DNA of 39,990 nucleotides from an uncultured Gammaproteobacteria bacterium (GCA_964408825.1 CAYPAU010000005.1:1-39990); one strand, 5' to 3'. Numbered from the stretch's first letter, positions 1-8,587 are shown. Translations and numbers: made by a program. Notes: generated by a model not told the origin, from the letters alone.

Positions 1-14
1 TTATTATATTATAT

Positions 15-797
15 ATGACCATTCCCCAGGCTCTGATTAAAAGAACTACCGATGAGGTTATAGAAGAGACCGTAAAAACGGTAAGTGTCCCAGGATTCCG
101 CAAGGGAAAAGCTCCAAAGAAGCTCGTGGAAAAAGGGGTGGATAAGCAAAAGGCAAAAGAAGAGGTCTTAAAAAAATTATTACCGCAAGCGTATGTTTCT
201 GCAGTAGAAAAAAATGGTATAAAACCAATTATAAATCCTCGAATTCACGTAGATGAACTTTCTGATGATAAGGATTGGAAATTTACAGCATCAACATGCG
301 AGGCCCCTCAGGTGAATCTAGGTAATTACAAAGAGAATGTAAAAAAACTCACGGTCAAAAGTAAAATTATTCTTCCGGGCAAACAAGAACAAAAAGAGGT
401 AGCTGCAAATGACCTTCTTAAAGTTGTAGCTGATAGCGTTCAAGTTAAAGTATCGAAAATTATAATAGAGCAGGAGGTTGAGAGACTTCTTGCGCAAACA
501 CTTGATGAGATAAAAAAACTTGGGCTTACTTTGGATCAATATCTCTCCTCGACAAAAAGAACAGCCGAGGATCTCAGAAAAGAGTACGAAAAAAAGGCCT
601 TATCAGACATAAGACTTGAGTTTGCACTTTCTAAAATCGCGGAAGTTGAAAAAATAACAGTAACAGATAAAGACATCGATGAGGCTATCAAGGATGCCAA
701 AGATGATAACGAAAGAAAAAGTCTTGAGGCCAACAGATATCTTCTTGCAAGCATTATTAGACAGCGAAAAACGCTTGATTTTATAAGAAGTTTGTGA
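15..797 (+). CDS. tig: Trigger factor, short form (ribosome-binding N domain plus C-terminal chaperone domain, no PPIase domain)
   Basis: TF signature GFRKGKAP at aa 27-34 and a helical C-terminal domain. It is 260 aa versus about 430 aa typical. The frame is open to the window edge, but TATTAT(2-7)-N7-ATG(15) fits the leaderless start pattern. Confidence 0.8.
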   Translation: MTIPQALIKRTTDEVIEETVKTVSVPGFRKGKAPKKLVEKGVDKQKAKEEVLKKLLPQAYVSAVEKNGIKPIINPRIHVDELSDDKDWKFTASTCEAPQVNLGNYKENVKKLTVKSKIILPGKQEQKEVAANDLLKVVADSVQVKVSKIIIEQEVERLLAQTLDEIKKLGLTLDQYLSSTKRTAEDLRKEYEKKALSDIRLEFALSKIAEVEKITVTDKDIDEAIKDAKDDNERKSLEANRYLLASIIRQRKTLDFIRSL

Positions 798-803
798 TAA
801 CTT

Positions 804-1448
804 ATGCTATCAATGAAAAACCAAACCAAAGGTAAGAAAACTCAAAGTTTTGTCGACCAGAACCCCGTTGAAGCTGTAACAAATATTGGAAGGGGTGTCA
901 GAGATTCTGTTGTGGATGATTTATTTAAAGGCGGGGTAAAAGAGGCTTGGGAAAAAATATTGGGAGCGGAAGACCTGGAGGATCAATCTTCAGGAGAACT
1001 TGAGGAAGGAAAAGAAATAAGTCTTAAAAAGAAGAAAAGACCGGAAAAGCGGGAAGGGTTTAGAGAGCCCGGAATCGATTACAGAAGAGAAATTATAGAC
1101 GCTGAGAAAATTTCCGTAAGAGAAAACCAAAAAGTTATACAGTCACAGATTCAGGAAATACTTGTCGAGCTTAAAAAGTTGTCCCAAACATCAGCGGAGA
1201 TTGCAATGGAATTTAAGGAGATAACAATTGAACAAAGAATTGAAAATCCGGGCGAATATCATATCTCATTCTTCCAATGGATGCTTTCGCTTGTAAAAGC
1301 GGCAAGAATAAAAATAGAAGATTCGGGAGCTTGGCTTAAGGTTATGAGAAGCAAAAAAGCACAGAGAAACTACTGGGCTATGTTTAAAAAACACGGTACG
1401 ACTTTTGGGCTTTCAAACGAGCGCGTTGTAGCAACTCAGACGGGATAG
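804..1448 (+). CDS. Hypothetical protein (charged Lys/Glu-rich N half, conserved-looking C half)
   Basis: 214-aa ORF starting 6 nt after the tig stop with coding-like composition. An alternative ATG lies at 813. No family recognised. Confidence 0.55.
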   Translation: MLSMKNQTKGKKTQSFVDQNPVEAVTNIGRGVRDSVVDDLFKGGVKEAWEKILGAEDLEDQSSGELEEGKEISLKKKKRPEKREGFREPGIDYRREIIDAEKISVRENQKVIQSQIQEILVELKKLSQTSAEIAMEFKEITIEQRIENPGEYHISFFQWMLSLVKAARIKIEDSGAWLKVMRSKKAQRNYWAMFKKHGTTFGLSNERVVATQTG

Positions 1449-1451
1449 CTC

Positions 1452-1482
1452 TTGACAAAAGATTTATATTCTGCTCTATAAT
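1452..1482 (+). promoter_or_regulatory. Sigma70-like promoter: TTGACA (1452-1457), 19-nt spacer, TATAAT (1477-1482)
   Basis: Both hexamers are perfect consensus, in an intergenic position. The spacer contains the TTCTGCTCTA box shared with the major pilin promoter. Confidence 0.6.
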
Positions 1483-1630
1483 AGATTAACCATGGATAAA
1501 AAGTTCCTCATCATTGTTGCTTTTAACCTCCTTATCGGAGGTTAGCAACGTGGGAGGAATTTGGTAAAGCCAAATTTTAACAACTTAAACCTCCCACAAG
1601 GGGTTTTTCAGTTTAAGGAGGTAATAGATT
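1483..1630 (+). promoter_or_regulatory. Structured 5' leader with a 17-codon mini-ORF (1492-1545, MDKKFLIIVAFNLLIGG) and two strong hairpins
   Basis: Hairpin 1 spans 1516-1549 (GTTGC/GCAAC plus TAACCTCC/GGAGGTTA). Hairpin 2 spans 1550-1597 (GTGGGAGG/CCTCCCAC enclosing AATTTGG/CCAAATT). SD AAGGAGGT lies at 1615-1622. Confidence 0.45.
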
Positions 1631-1882
1631 GTGGACAATAGAGAAAGTTTAGGCAGACAAATAAACTTTAAGGAATTTGAGGCATTGAGGAGAAATGGAT
1701 GGGTTGTTGAGGGATCATTTCCGGATGATAGAAGTGTAGTAATATTCGATGGAACAAGCGAAAATTCCCAAGAAATTCCGGTCGAACCCCAAGTAATGTA
1801 TTCAGGTATCGGGGAATATAGAACTGCAGTTACGGTTTTTGTCCCTCCTCAGGAGATTTTTGAACAAGTAGTAAATTCCTAA
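1631..1882 (+). CDS. Hypothetical 83-aa protein (GTG start)
   Basis: A strong SD (AAGGAGGT) lies 9 nt upstream of the GTG. No family recognised. Confidence 0.55.
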   Translation: MDNRESLGRQINFKEFEALRRNGWVVEGSFPDDRSVVIFDGTSENSQEIPVEPQVMYSGIGEYRTAVTVFVPPQEIFEQVVNS

Positions 1883-1906
1883 CCAATTTGTTAAAATAAA
1901 TTGCTT

Positions 1907-1983
1907 GGGCTCATAGCTCAGTTGGTTAGAGCGTTGCATTGACATTGCAAAGGTCAGAAGTTCGACTCTTCTTGGGCCCACCA
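1907..1983 (+). tRNA. tRNA-Val (anticodon GAC), CCA encoded
   Basis: Hand-folded cloverleaf. Acceptor GGGCTCA/TGGGCCC, D stem GCTC/GAGC, anticodon stem TTGCA/TGCAA with loop TTGACAT, T stem AGAAG/CTTCT with loop TTCGACT, discriminator A plus CCA. Total 77 nt. Confidence 0.93.
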
Positions 1984-2005
1984 GTTTAGAAATCTCTCTA
2001 CCCTC

Positions 2006-2014
2006 TGATATACT
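2006..2014 (+). promoter_or_regulatory. Extended -10 box TGaTATACT, 6 nt before ATG 2021 (leaderless-type)
   Basis: TG 2006-2007, TATACT 2009-2014, N6, ATG 2021. Confidence 0.5.
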
Positions 2015-2020
2015 ATAGAT

Positions 2021-2251
2021 ATGGCAAGGTTTGAACAAGCTGCAAAAACCTTAAGAGAAATTCTTCTTAATAATTTTCTGGGCGGTCTTGCATGGGCTGT
2101 TGGAGCAACTGTGGGAATTTCTATAATAATTTTCCTTCTAACGAATGTCTTTAAAAATGTCGGATGGATTCCCTTTATAGGTGACTTTATTTCAAATTTG
2201 ACAAGTTACGTCCTTTCGAATTTACAAAACAACCCTCAATTGATAAAATAG
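2021..2251 (+). CDS. Small membrane protein (76 aa, hydrophobic core segment)
   Basis: ORF with the hydrophobic stretch LGGLAWAVGATVGISIIIFLL. It sits directly upstream of thrS and has a leaderless-type -10 box. Confidence 0.55.
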   Translation: MARFEQAAKTLREILLNNFLGGLAWAVGATVGISIIIFLLTNVFKNVGWIPFIGDFISNLTSYVLSNLQNNPQLIK

Positions 2252-2256
2252 CCTGA

Positions 2257-3459
2257 ATGAAAACTTCAAAGCTTAAAGATCATAGACAAATCGGACAAGA
2301 ACTTGACCTTTTTTCTTTTCATGAATATGCGCCCGGGGCAATATTTTGGCATCCCAAAGGCTGGATCATATATAGAACTCTACAAGAATTTTTAAGAAAC
2401 GCCACGCTAGCAGAGGGGTATCAGGAAACATCAACTCCTGTTCTTGTTAAAACTGAGCTTTTCAAAAAATCGGGGCACTGGAAATACTTCAGGGAAAACA
2501 TGTTTAATCTAAAACTGGATAACCAAAGTTATTCCTTAAAACCCATGAATTGTCCCGAATCAACGATTATCTACAGTTCAAAGATTAGAAGTTATAATGA
2601 TCTCCCCATAAAACTATCGGAGTACGGTATTCTTCACAGAAACGAACTAACCGGAGTTTTAGGAGGAGGGCTGCGCGTAAGACAGTTTACGATTGACGAT
2701 GCCCACTTGTTTGTCCGGCCCGATCAAGTAGGAAAGGAAATAGAAAAACTTTTAGCACTCGTAATTAAAGTTTATAAATCCCTAGGATTTAAACCTAATT
2801 TCTATTTAGCAACGAGACCCGATAAGGCAATGGGAGATCCTAAAACATGGAAAGAAGCCGAAAAGGATCTTGAAATGGTTCTTAAGAGTACAAGAGTTTC
2901 ATTTGGTATGAAACCGAAGGATGGAGCCTTCTATGGACCGAAGATAGATATACATACCAATGACTCGCAGAGAAGAGACTGGCAGCTTGCAACAATTCAA
3001 TTGGATTTCCAAATCCCTCAGAAGATGAGTATTTTTTATATCGATAAGGATGGAAAGAAGAAACAACCTGTTATGATCCACCGGGGGATAACCGGATCTT
3101 TGGAAAGATTTATTTCAATATTGCTCGAACACACCCAAGGTAATTTACCCCTCTGGCTTTCACCCATACAAACTATAATTCTTCCAATAACTGATAGGCA
3201 ATTAGACAACGTAAGAAAAATAAACAATAGACTTTTAGAAACGGGTTTTAGATCCCAAATCGATGATCGCTCCGAAACCCTTCAATCAAAAATTCGTGAG
3301 GCTACTTTACAAAAGATACCATACCTGGGTATAATTGGGGATAAAGAAGTTGAAACCGGAACTGTTTCCGTAAGAAAAAGGGATGGCGAGGATCTAGGAC
3401 AAATGGAGGTCGCAAAATTCCTAAATTTATTAAAAGAAGAAATTGATAAAAAGACATAA
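2257..3459 (+). CDS. thrS: Threonyl-tRNA synthetase, catalytic core plus anticodon-binding domain only (no TGS/editing N-terminus)
   Basis: It starts at the class II core (DHRQIGQELDLF...) and is 400 aa versus about 640 aa typical. Synteny thrS-infC-rpmI-rplT-pheST. Confidence 0.92.
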   Translation: MKTSKLKDHRQIGQELDLFSFHEYAPGAIFWHPKGWIIYRTLQEFLRNATLAEGYQETSTPVLVKTELFKKSGHWKYFRENMFNLKLDNQSYSLKPMNCPESTIIYSSKIRSYNDLPIKLSEYGILHRNELTGVLGGGLRVRQFTIDDAHLFVRPDQVGKEIEKLLALVIKVYKSLGFKPNFYLATRPDKAMGDPKTWKEAEKDLEMVLKSTRVSFGMKPKDGAFYGPKIDIHTNDSQRRDWQLATIQLDFQIPQKMSIFYIDKDGKKKQPVMIHRGITGSLERFISILLEHTQGNLPLWLSPIQTIILPITDRQLDNVRKINNRLLETGFRSQIDDRSETLQSKIREATLQKIPYLGIIGDKEVETGTVSVRKRDGEDLGQMEVAKFLNLLKEEIDKKT

Positions 3460-4078
3460 AAGAAAACCGGATACTAGAAAGTTTTACAGAGTAAATGAAC
3501 GCATTTACGCCAGTACCTTGCGAGTATTGGGGCAGGACGGAAAGCAAATTGGAATATTTTCAAAATATGAAGCTCTCAAAAAAGCAAGAGAAGAGGGACT
3601 TGATCTCGTAGAAATTGCACCATCTGCCTCACCTCCCGTTGCAAAAATAGTAGACTTTAATAAATTTATTTATCAGGAGGAAAAGAAAAAACGGGAGGAG
3701 AAAAAAAAGTCAAAAGCTTCCGAAACTAAGGAGCTTAGACTTGGTCCCTTTATGGATGAGCATGATCTTATGGTCATGATAAGACGCGCCCGGGAATTTA
3801 TAGGTAATGGAAATAAGGTTAAATTTGTAGTAAAATTCGCAGGACGACAGATAGCACATCCTGAATTTGGAGAAAGAATCTTACAAAAAGCACTGGATGA
3901 GTTATCCGATATTTCAAAGACAGAAAGAGAAAAACATTTCGAAGGCAGACAGCTGATTGCGATAATTGCCTCCGACAGAAAGAGGAAGAAATCAAATCAG
4001 AATAGGCCCGAAGAGATAAGAATAAAGGAGGAGCAGAAAAAAAATGGCAAAGAAGAAAGTAAAAAAATCAATCAGTAA
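3443..4078 (+). CDS. infC: Translation initiation factor IF-3 with Lys-rich C-terminal tail
   Basis: Conserved RVNERI...LRVLGQDGKQIGI...GLDLVEIAPSASPPVAKIVDF. Only TTG (3443) or ATA (3446) is available as a start after the in-frame stop at 3431-3433. Confidence 0.9.
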   Translation: MIKRHKRKPDTRKFYRVNERIYASTLRVLGQDGKQIGIFSKYEALKKAREEGLDLVEIAPSASPPVAKIVDFNKFIYQEEKKKREEKKKSKASETKELRLGPFMDEHDLMVMIRRAREFIGNGNKVKFVVKFAGRQIAHPEFGERILQKALDELSDISKTEREKHFEGRQLIAIIASDRKRKKSNQNRPEEIRIKEEQKKNGKEESKKINQ

Positions 4079-4241
4079 AAGATTTAAAGTTACCAAAACC
4101 GGTAAGGTTCTATTTTCGCACCAATATCAAAGTCACCATAAGTTGATTAAAGGAAAATCAAGACAAAGAAGGCAAAAAGAACCGGGGCAACTAAAAGGCA
4201 GATTTGCGAAGAAAGTTAAACAAATGCTAGGAAAATCATGA
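4044..4241 (+). CDS. rpmI: Ribosomal protein L35
   Basis: 65-aa basic protein (KRFKVTKTGKV...). SD AAGGAGG lies upstream. It overlaps the infC 3' end. Confidence 0.9.
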   Translation: MAKKKVKKSISKRFKVTKTGKVLFSHQYQSHHKLIKGKSRQRRQKEPGQLKGRFAKKVKQMLGKS

Positions 4242-4270
4242 AAGAGTTATTAGTTGTTCGTTATTACCTG

Positions 4271-4292
4271 CCTGCCTGCAGGCAGGGTTTTT
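4271..4292 (+). terminator. GC-rich palindrome CCTGCCTG/CAGGCAGG followed by a T-run
   Basis: Perfect 16-nt palindrome at 4271-4286, then GTTTTT. It lies between rpmI and rplT and may act as an attenuator or partial terminator. Confidence 0.45.
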
Positions 4293-4303
4293 AGTTAAAT
4301 ATT

Positions 4304-4654
4304 ATGTCGAGAATAAAAAGAGGAGTAGTATCCAAAAGAAAACATAAAAAAATCCTAAAGCTTACTAAAGGGTATAAAGGAACAAAAAGAAAACTCATAA
4401 GGGTGGCCAAAGAAGCAGAGCTTCACGCAAGAAGCTATGCTTATCACGGAAGGAAACTTAGGAAGAGAGACTTTAGAAGCCTTTGGATTACCCGAATAGG
4501 GGAGGCAGCAAAAAGGCAGGGTATGTCTTACAGTGTGTTTATGAATAAGCTTAAGAAGGGAAAGATCGACCTTGACAGAAAAATATTGAGTGATCTTATT
4601 GTAAACGATCCCCCAACTTTCCAAAAAATTGTAGATTCAGTAAGAAATGTTTAG
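4304..4654 (+). CDS. rplT: Ribosomal protein L20
   Basis: N-terminus MSRIKRGVVSKRKHKKILKLTKGYKG, 116 aa, expected synteny. Confidence 0.93.
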   Translation: MSRIKRGVVSKRKHKKILKLTKGYKGTKRKLIRVAKEAELHARSYAYHGRKLRKRDFRSLWITRIGEAAKRQGMSYSVFMNKLKKGKIDLDRKILSDLIVNDPPTFQKIVDSVRNV

Positions 4655-4677
4655 AAACAAACAAATCTTTATCTTTT

Positions 4678-4705
4678 CCTGCCTTGCCGGCAGGCAGGCC
4701 TTTTT
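4678..4705 (+). terminator. Rho-independent terminator-like hairpin CCTGCCT...AGGCAGG plus TTTTT
   Basis: 7-bp GC-rich stem at 4678-4698 followed by CCTTTTT, downstream of rplT. Confidence 0.6.
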
Positions 4706-4791
4706 CTCCCAAACCGGAGAGTAGTTTTATGGCAGTCCCATAACGCTCTTCGGACCATCTCAGATGGAATGGGAGTTTTTTTATGGGTTTA

Positions 4792-4800
4792 TGATATTCT
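4792..4800 (+). promoter_or_regulatory. Extended -10 box TGaTATTCT, 6 nt before pheS ATG 4807
   Basis: TG 4792-4793, TATTCT 4795-4800, N6, ATG. No SD present. Confidence 0.45.
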
Positions 4801-4806
4801 ATAAAT

Positions 4807-5856
4807 ATGGAAGAGGAACTTATTGGAATTAAAAATTCGGCCGTATCCCTTATTCTTGATGCAAAAGATCCCAAAGAGATTGAAGATTTAAAAGTTCAAT
4901 TTCTGGGAAGATCGGGAAAATTAACTCTTCTTATTAAAGAAATTCCGAAGTTGCCGGTTGGAAAAAGACCTGAAATAGGAAGACTTGCTAATGAAGTGAA
5001 AACAACCATTGAGGAAACTTTAGAGTCTCAAGATAAAATCTTAAGAAACGTAAAAACTAAATCCCTAAAAGAAAGGGTCGATCCAACAATGCCGGGTATT
5101 AAACCTAAGCTGGGTCACCTTCATCCTCTTACTCAAGTCATTTATGACGTGGTTGATGTTTTCAAAAGTCTTGGTTACCAGGCAGCTGACGGACCCGAGA
5201 TTGAAACTGATTATTATAATTTCGAAGCATTGAATATTCCCAAAGACCACCCGGCAAGGGACACTCAGCAAACATTTTATCTTGATATCAGAAATTCAAA
5301 AGTAAATCCGGGAGAAATAATTTTAAGAACACAAACATCTGCAATGCAGGCAAGAGTAATGGAGAAAATAAAACCACCCGTACGCGTAATTGTCCCAGGT
5401 AAAAACTTCAGATACGAGCAGGTTGATGCTTCTCATGGATTTGAATTCTGGCATCTTGAAGGTTTTTGCGTAGATAAAAATATAAGACTTACCGACCTCT
5501 TCGGAACGATCGATTACATTTTAAGAAAAGCGATGGGAGAATCCGCCAGCCGGCGGATTAAAATAAAATTTGCAACAACTAATTTCCCGTTTGTTGAACC
5601 CGGTGTGGACACTTATGTCGAGTGTACTGTTTGCAAAGGTAAGGGTTGCGGTTTTTGCAAATACTCCGGGTGGAGCGAAATAATGCCGGCAGGAATGATA
5701 CATCCAAATGTATTAAAAGCAGTCGGATATGATAGTAAGAATTTTTCCGGCTTTGCCTTTGCAATAGGTCTTTCAAGACTTGTGACTCTACGATACCAAA
5801 TGGACGATCTAAGACTTTTGACAAACCCGGATCTAAGAATTCTGGAACAATTTTAA
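4807..5856 (+). CDS. pheS: Phenylalanyl-tRNA synthetase alpha subunit
   Basis: Class II motifs (HPARD, FRYEQVDASH, GFAFAIGLSRL), 349 aa. Confidence 0.95.
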   Translation: MEEELIGIKNSAVSLILDAKDPKEIEDLKVQFLGRSGKLTLLIKEIPKLPVGKRPEIGRLANEVKTTIEETLESQDKILRNVKTKSLKERVDPTMPGIKPKLGHLHPLTQVIYDVVDVFKSLGYQAADGPEIETDYYNFEALNIPKDHPARDTQQTFYLDIRNSKVNPGEIILRTQTSAMQARVMEKIKPPVRVIVPGKNFRYEQVDASHGFEFWHLEGFCVDKNIRLTDLFGTIDYILRKAMGESASRRIKIKFATTNFPFVEPGVDTYVECTVCKGKGCGFCKYSGWSEIMPAGMIHPNVLKAVGYDSKNFSGFAFAIGLSRLVTLRYQMDDLRLLTNPDLRILEQF

Positions 5857-5945
5857 ATTTGAAATTTATAATTTAAAATGAAATTCAAATATTTAAAAAT
5901 TAATAATTCAATGATAATTAAAAATTTAAAAAATTAAATTAATCT

Positions 5946-7805
5946 ATGATTGCGCCTTTATCCTGGTTAAGGGAATATGTTGATATTTCGCTTCCTCCTG
6001 AAAAACTCGGAGAAAGACTTACTGAAATTGGACTTTCGACAGAGAAAATAGAGAAAACAAGAGACGATGTTATTTTTGAATTTGAAATAACACCCAATAG
6101 GCCAGACCTCCTTTCGATAATAGGAATTGCAAGAGAGACAGCTGCGGTAGAAGGAAAGGAAATAAAGTTTCCAAAACTTTATGATTTAAAAAATGTCAAG
6201 CCTCAAAAAACATTGCCTTTAAAAATTATTACCGATGTAAAAATTAATCCTAGGTTTACCGGAATAATAATTGATGACATTACGGTAAAAGAATCTCCCG
6301 ATTGGCTAAAAGAAAAGCTTACGAAGGTTGGGCAGCGTCCGATAAATAATATTGTTGATATAACAAATTATGTAATGCTGGAGCTCGGGAATCCAATTCA
6401 CGCTTTTGATTACGATAAAATAAAGGGACAGGCTATGAAAGTTCACCAAACAAGGGGAGGAGAAAAATTTACTAGTGTTGATGGAATTTCATACCATCTC
6501 CCAAAAGGAGCTGTGGTTATTTCTGATTCCGATAGAATAATTGACCTTTGCGGAATAAAAGGAGGAGAAAATACAGGAACCTATAAAAATACAAAAACAA
6601 TTTTCTTAAGGGTTCCTGTTGAAGTCCCCTCGCTTATTAGAAGAGCCTCCCAGTCCCTCGGTCTTCGTTCTGAAGCCTCTTCCATATTTGAAAGAGGGGT
6701 AAATGCCGGTGGTACCCTAGATACCTTATCTCGTGCAATTGAGCTTATTCTTGAAATTGCAGGTGGAGAAATCGTAAGTCCGCTTTATGATATCAAAAAA
6801 GAAAATTTTCTTCCTTGGACCATTGACTTAAGTCTTAAGAGACTTTCCAAAATTCTGGGCATTGAAATTCCTAGAGCAAAAGTTATAAATATCCTACAAA
6901 GGCTTAACTTAAAAACCACTAATCTAAAGGGGGATAAAATTAGAGTAAAAATACCAACTTATAGAAATGATCTAAAAATTGAGGAGGATATTATTGAAGA
7001 AGTCGCAAGGCTTTACGGATACAACAACTTTCCTAAAACTTTACCAGAACGGCCAATCCCTACGAAGACAATTCCTTATTTTAAAGATTATAAACTTGAA
7101 GAAAGAGTAAAAGAACTCTTTAAGTCAACCGGATTTTCGGAAATATACTCATATAGTCTTATCTCTGAAAAGGATCTTGAAGAGAATAATATTAATCCGG
7201 ACAAGATACTTCGGGTAGATAATTCAATAAGTCGCGAATTTGAATATCTCAGACCAACGTTAAAAATTAATCTTAGAAAAGCTGTTTTGGAAAACAAGGC
7301 AAATTTCAAGGATATAAATTTATTTGAACTAGGAAAAGTTTATCTTGGGGAATCTATTGATAAATCAAGGGAAACATATTTCCTATCTGGAATATCAAAT
7401 AATAAAAATTTCTATGAAGTGAAGGGGATTCTTGAGAAACTCTTTGAAGAATTAAATATAAAAAGTCAACCGGAGGAAAATATAGAAATTTTAGAGGAGG
7501 GTATTTTCTTTGAACTTAATTATAATACACTTCTTGAGAGAATTGACTTTTCAAAAAAGTTTAAACCACTACCAAAGTTTCCTCCGATAACCGAAGACTT
7601 AACCATTACCTTAAAGGACAAAGATAGGGTTGGAAAAATAATTGAAAAAATAAAAAACCAAAGCAATTTAGTTCGAATTATTGAAGTTATAGATAGATAT
7701 GAAAACAATGTAACTTTTCATATTACTTATCAAAGTGATAAGAGAAACTTGACCCGTGAAGATGTTGAAGAGATCCGAGCAAAAATTTTAAAATCCCTAA
7801 AGTGA
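5946..7805 (+). CDS. pheT: Phenylalanyl-tRNA synthetase beta subunit, short form lacking the N-terminal OB (B2) tRNA-binding insert
   Basis: MIAPLSWLREYV... runs quickly into TPNRPDLLSIIGIARE. It is 619 aa versus about 800 aa typical. Confidence 0.92.
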   Translation: MIAPLSWLREYVDISLPPEKLGERLTEIGLSTEKIEKTRDDVIFEFEITPNRPDLLSIIGIARETAAVEGKEIKFPKLYDLKNVKPQKTLPLKIITDVKINPRFTGIIIDDITVKESPDWLKEKLTKVGQRPINNIVDITNYVMLELGNPIHAFDYDKIKGQAMKVHQTRGGEKFTSVDGISYHLPKGAVVISDSDRIIDLCGIKGGENTGTYKNTKTIFLRVPVEVPSLIRRASQSLGLRSEASSIFERGVNAGGTLDTLSRAIELILEIAGGEIVSPLYDIKKENFLPWTIDLSLKRLSKILGIEIPRAKVINILQRLNLKTTNLKGDKIRVKIPTYRNDLKIEEDIIEEVARLYGYNNFPKTLPERPIPTKTIPYFKDYKLEERVKELFKSTGFSEIYSYSLISEKDLEENNINPDKILRVDNSISREFEYLRPTLKINLRKAVLENKANFKDINLFELGKVYLGESIDKSRETYFLSGISNNKNFYEVKGILEKLFEELNIKSQPEENIEILEEGIFFELNYNTLLERIDFSKKFKPLPKFPPITEDLTITLKDKDRVGKIIEKIKNQSNLVRIIEVIDRYENNVTFHITYQSDKRNLTREDVEEIRAKILKSLK

Positions 7806-8587
7806 CGGAGGAAAAAGTCTATTTTGAAACTGCCAACAATCTAAAACTCTGCGGAATATTAACTTTTCCCAGGAATAAAACAGCCAAGTGCGTAGTTTTG
7901 TGCCATGGACTAACCGTTGACAAGGAAGAAGACGGGATATTCACAAAGCTGGCTAGAAAACTTGCCGAGAATGGTTTTTTTGTTTTTCGTTTCGACTTCA
8001 ATGGACACGGAGAAAGTGACGGAAACTCGATAGACATGACTGTCCAAAATGAAACAGAAGATATAATAGCGGCCTTTGATTATTTGAAAAAGAGGGGCTT
8101 TCGAAATTTTGGTTTAGTAGCAGCAAGTTTTGCCGGAGGCCCTGCTTCTTATTTTGCAAAAGAATTTAAAAAAGAGACAAAAGCTTTAGTTTTATGGAAT
8201 TCTTTAATCGACTATAGCTCTTTAATAATTCCTAAAAATTCTTGGGATAGGGAATATTGGGGAAAACCGGCTTTTGAAAGAGTAGAAAAATTTGGATTCA
8301 CCGAAATAGGAAGTGGAAAATTTAAAGTAGGGAGTAAATTAATGCAGGAAATACAAAAACTTGAACCATGGAGAGAACTACTTGATTTATATATTCCAAT
8401 TGTGTTCGTACATGGCACTAATGACGAAAAAGTTCCCTATGAGGACTCCGTTAAGTACTCAAAACTTGTTAAAAATTGCTCTCTTGTAACTATAGAGGGC
8501 GCAGAGCATGGGTTTCATGACAGAAAAGAGGATAGCGAAAAAGCAGATAAAGCAACCGTAGATTTTCTACTTAAAAACTTAAATTAA
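7802..8587 (+). CDS. Alpha/beta hydrolase
   Basis: Motifs HGLT...FDFNGHGES, nucleophile elbow AASFAGG, HGTNDEKVP, and His in GAEHGF. The GTG start overlaps the pheT stop. Confidence 0.8.
   Translation: MTEEKVYFETANNLKLCGILTFPRNKTAKCVVLCHGLTVDKEEDGIFTKLARKLAENGFFVFRFDFNGHGESDGNSIDMTVQNETEDIIAAFDYLKKRGFRNFGLVAASFAGGPASYFAKEFKKETKALVLWNSLIDYSSLIIPKNSWDREYWGKPAFERVEKFGFTEIGSGKFKVGSKLMQEIQKLEPWRELLDLYIPIVFVHGTNDEKVPYEDSVKYSKLVKNCSLVTIEGAEHGFHDRKEDSEKADKATVDFLLKNLN

Noticed and set aside
1883-2020. tRNA-Val as an integration hotspot with an adjacent mobile or genomic island.
   Set aside because: There is no integrase, no direct repeat of the tRNA 3' end, and no compositional break nearby. The flanking genes are small orphans followed by the conserved thrS operon.
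4764-4832. A Phe/Tyr-rich 22-codon upstream ORF (MEWEFFYGFMIFYKYGRGTYWN) sits between rplT and pheS, at the position of the E. coli pheM leader peptide.
   Set aside because: Its Phe codons come largely from the T7 run of a terminator-like structure (4736-4782) and from general AT-richness. It starts inside the 3' arm of the stem instead of upstream of it, has no SD or -10/N6 signal, and overlaps pheS out of frame. It is most likely chance, and only conservation in relatives would revive it.
5857-5945. The 89-nt pheS-pheT spacer with AT-only quasi-palindromes as a possible ncRNA or regulatory element.
   Set aside because: It is almost pure A/T low-complexity sequence. The apparent symmetry is expected by chance at this composition, and no stable GC-supported stem exists.
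8584-8587. Convergent genes sharing stop-codon bases (hydrolase/PBP TTAA at 8584-8587, and the trmD/pilO-like 21-nt overlap at 21199-21219) as special regulatory features.
   Set aside because: These are common consequences of genome compaction. There is no associated structure or motif, so they are noted only as evidence of tight packing and a lack of terminators there.
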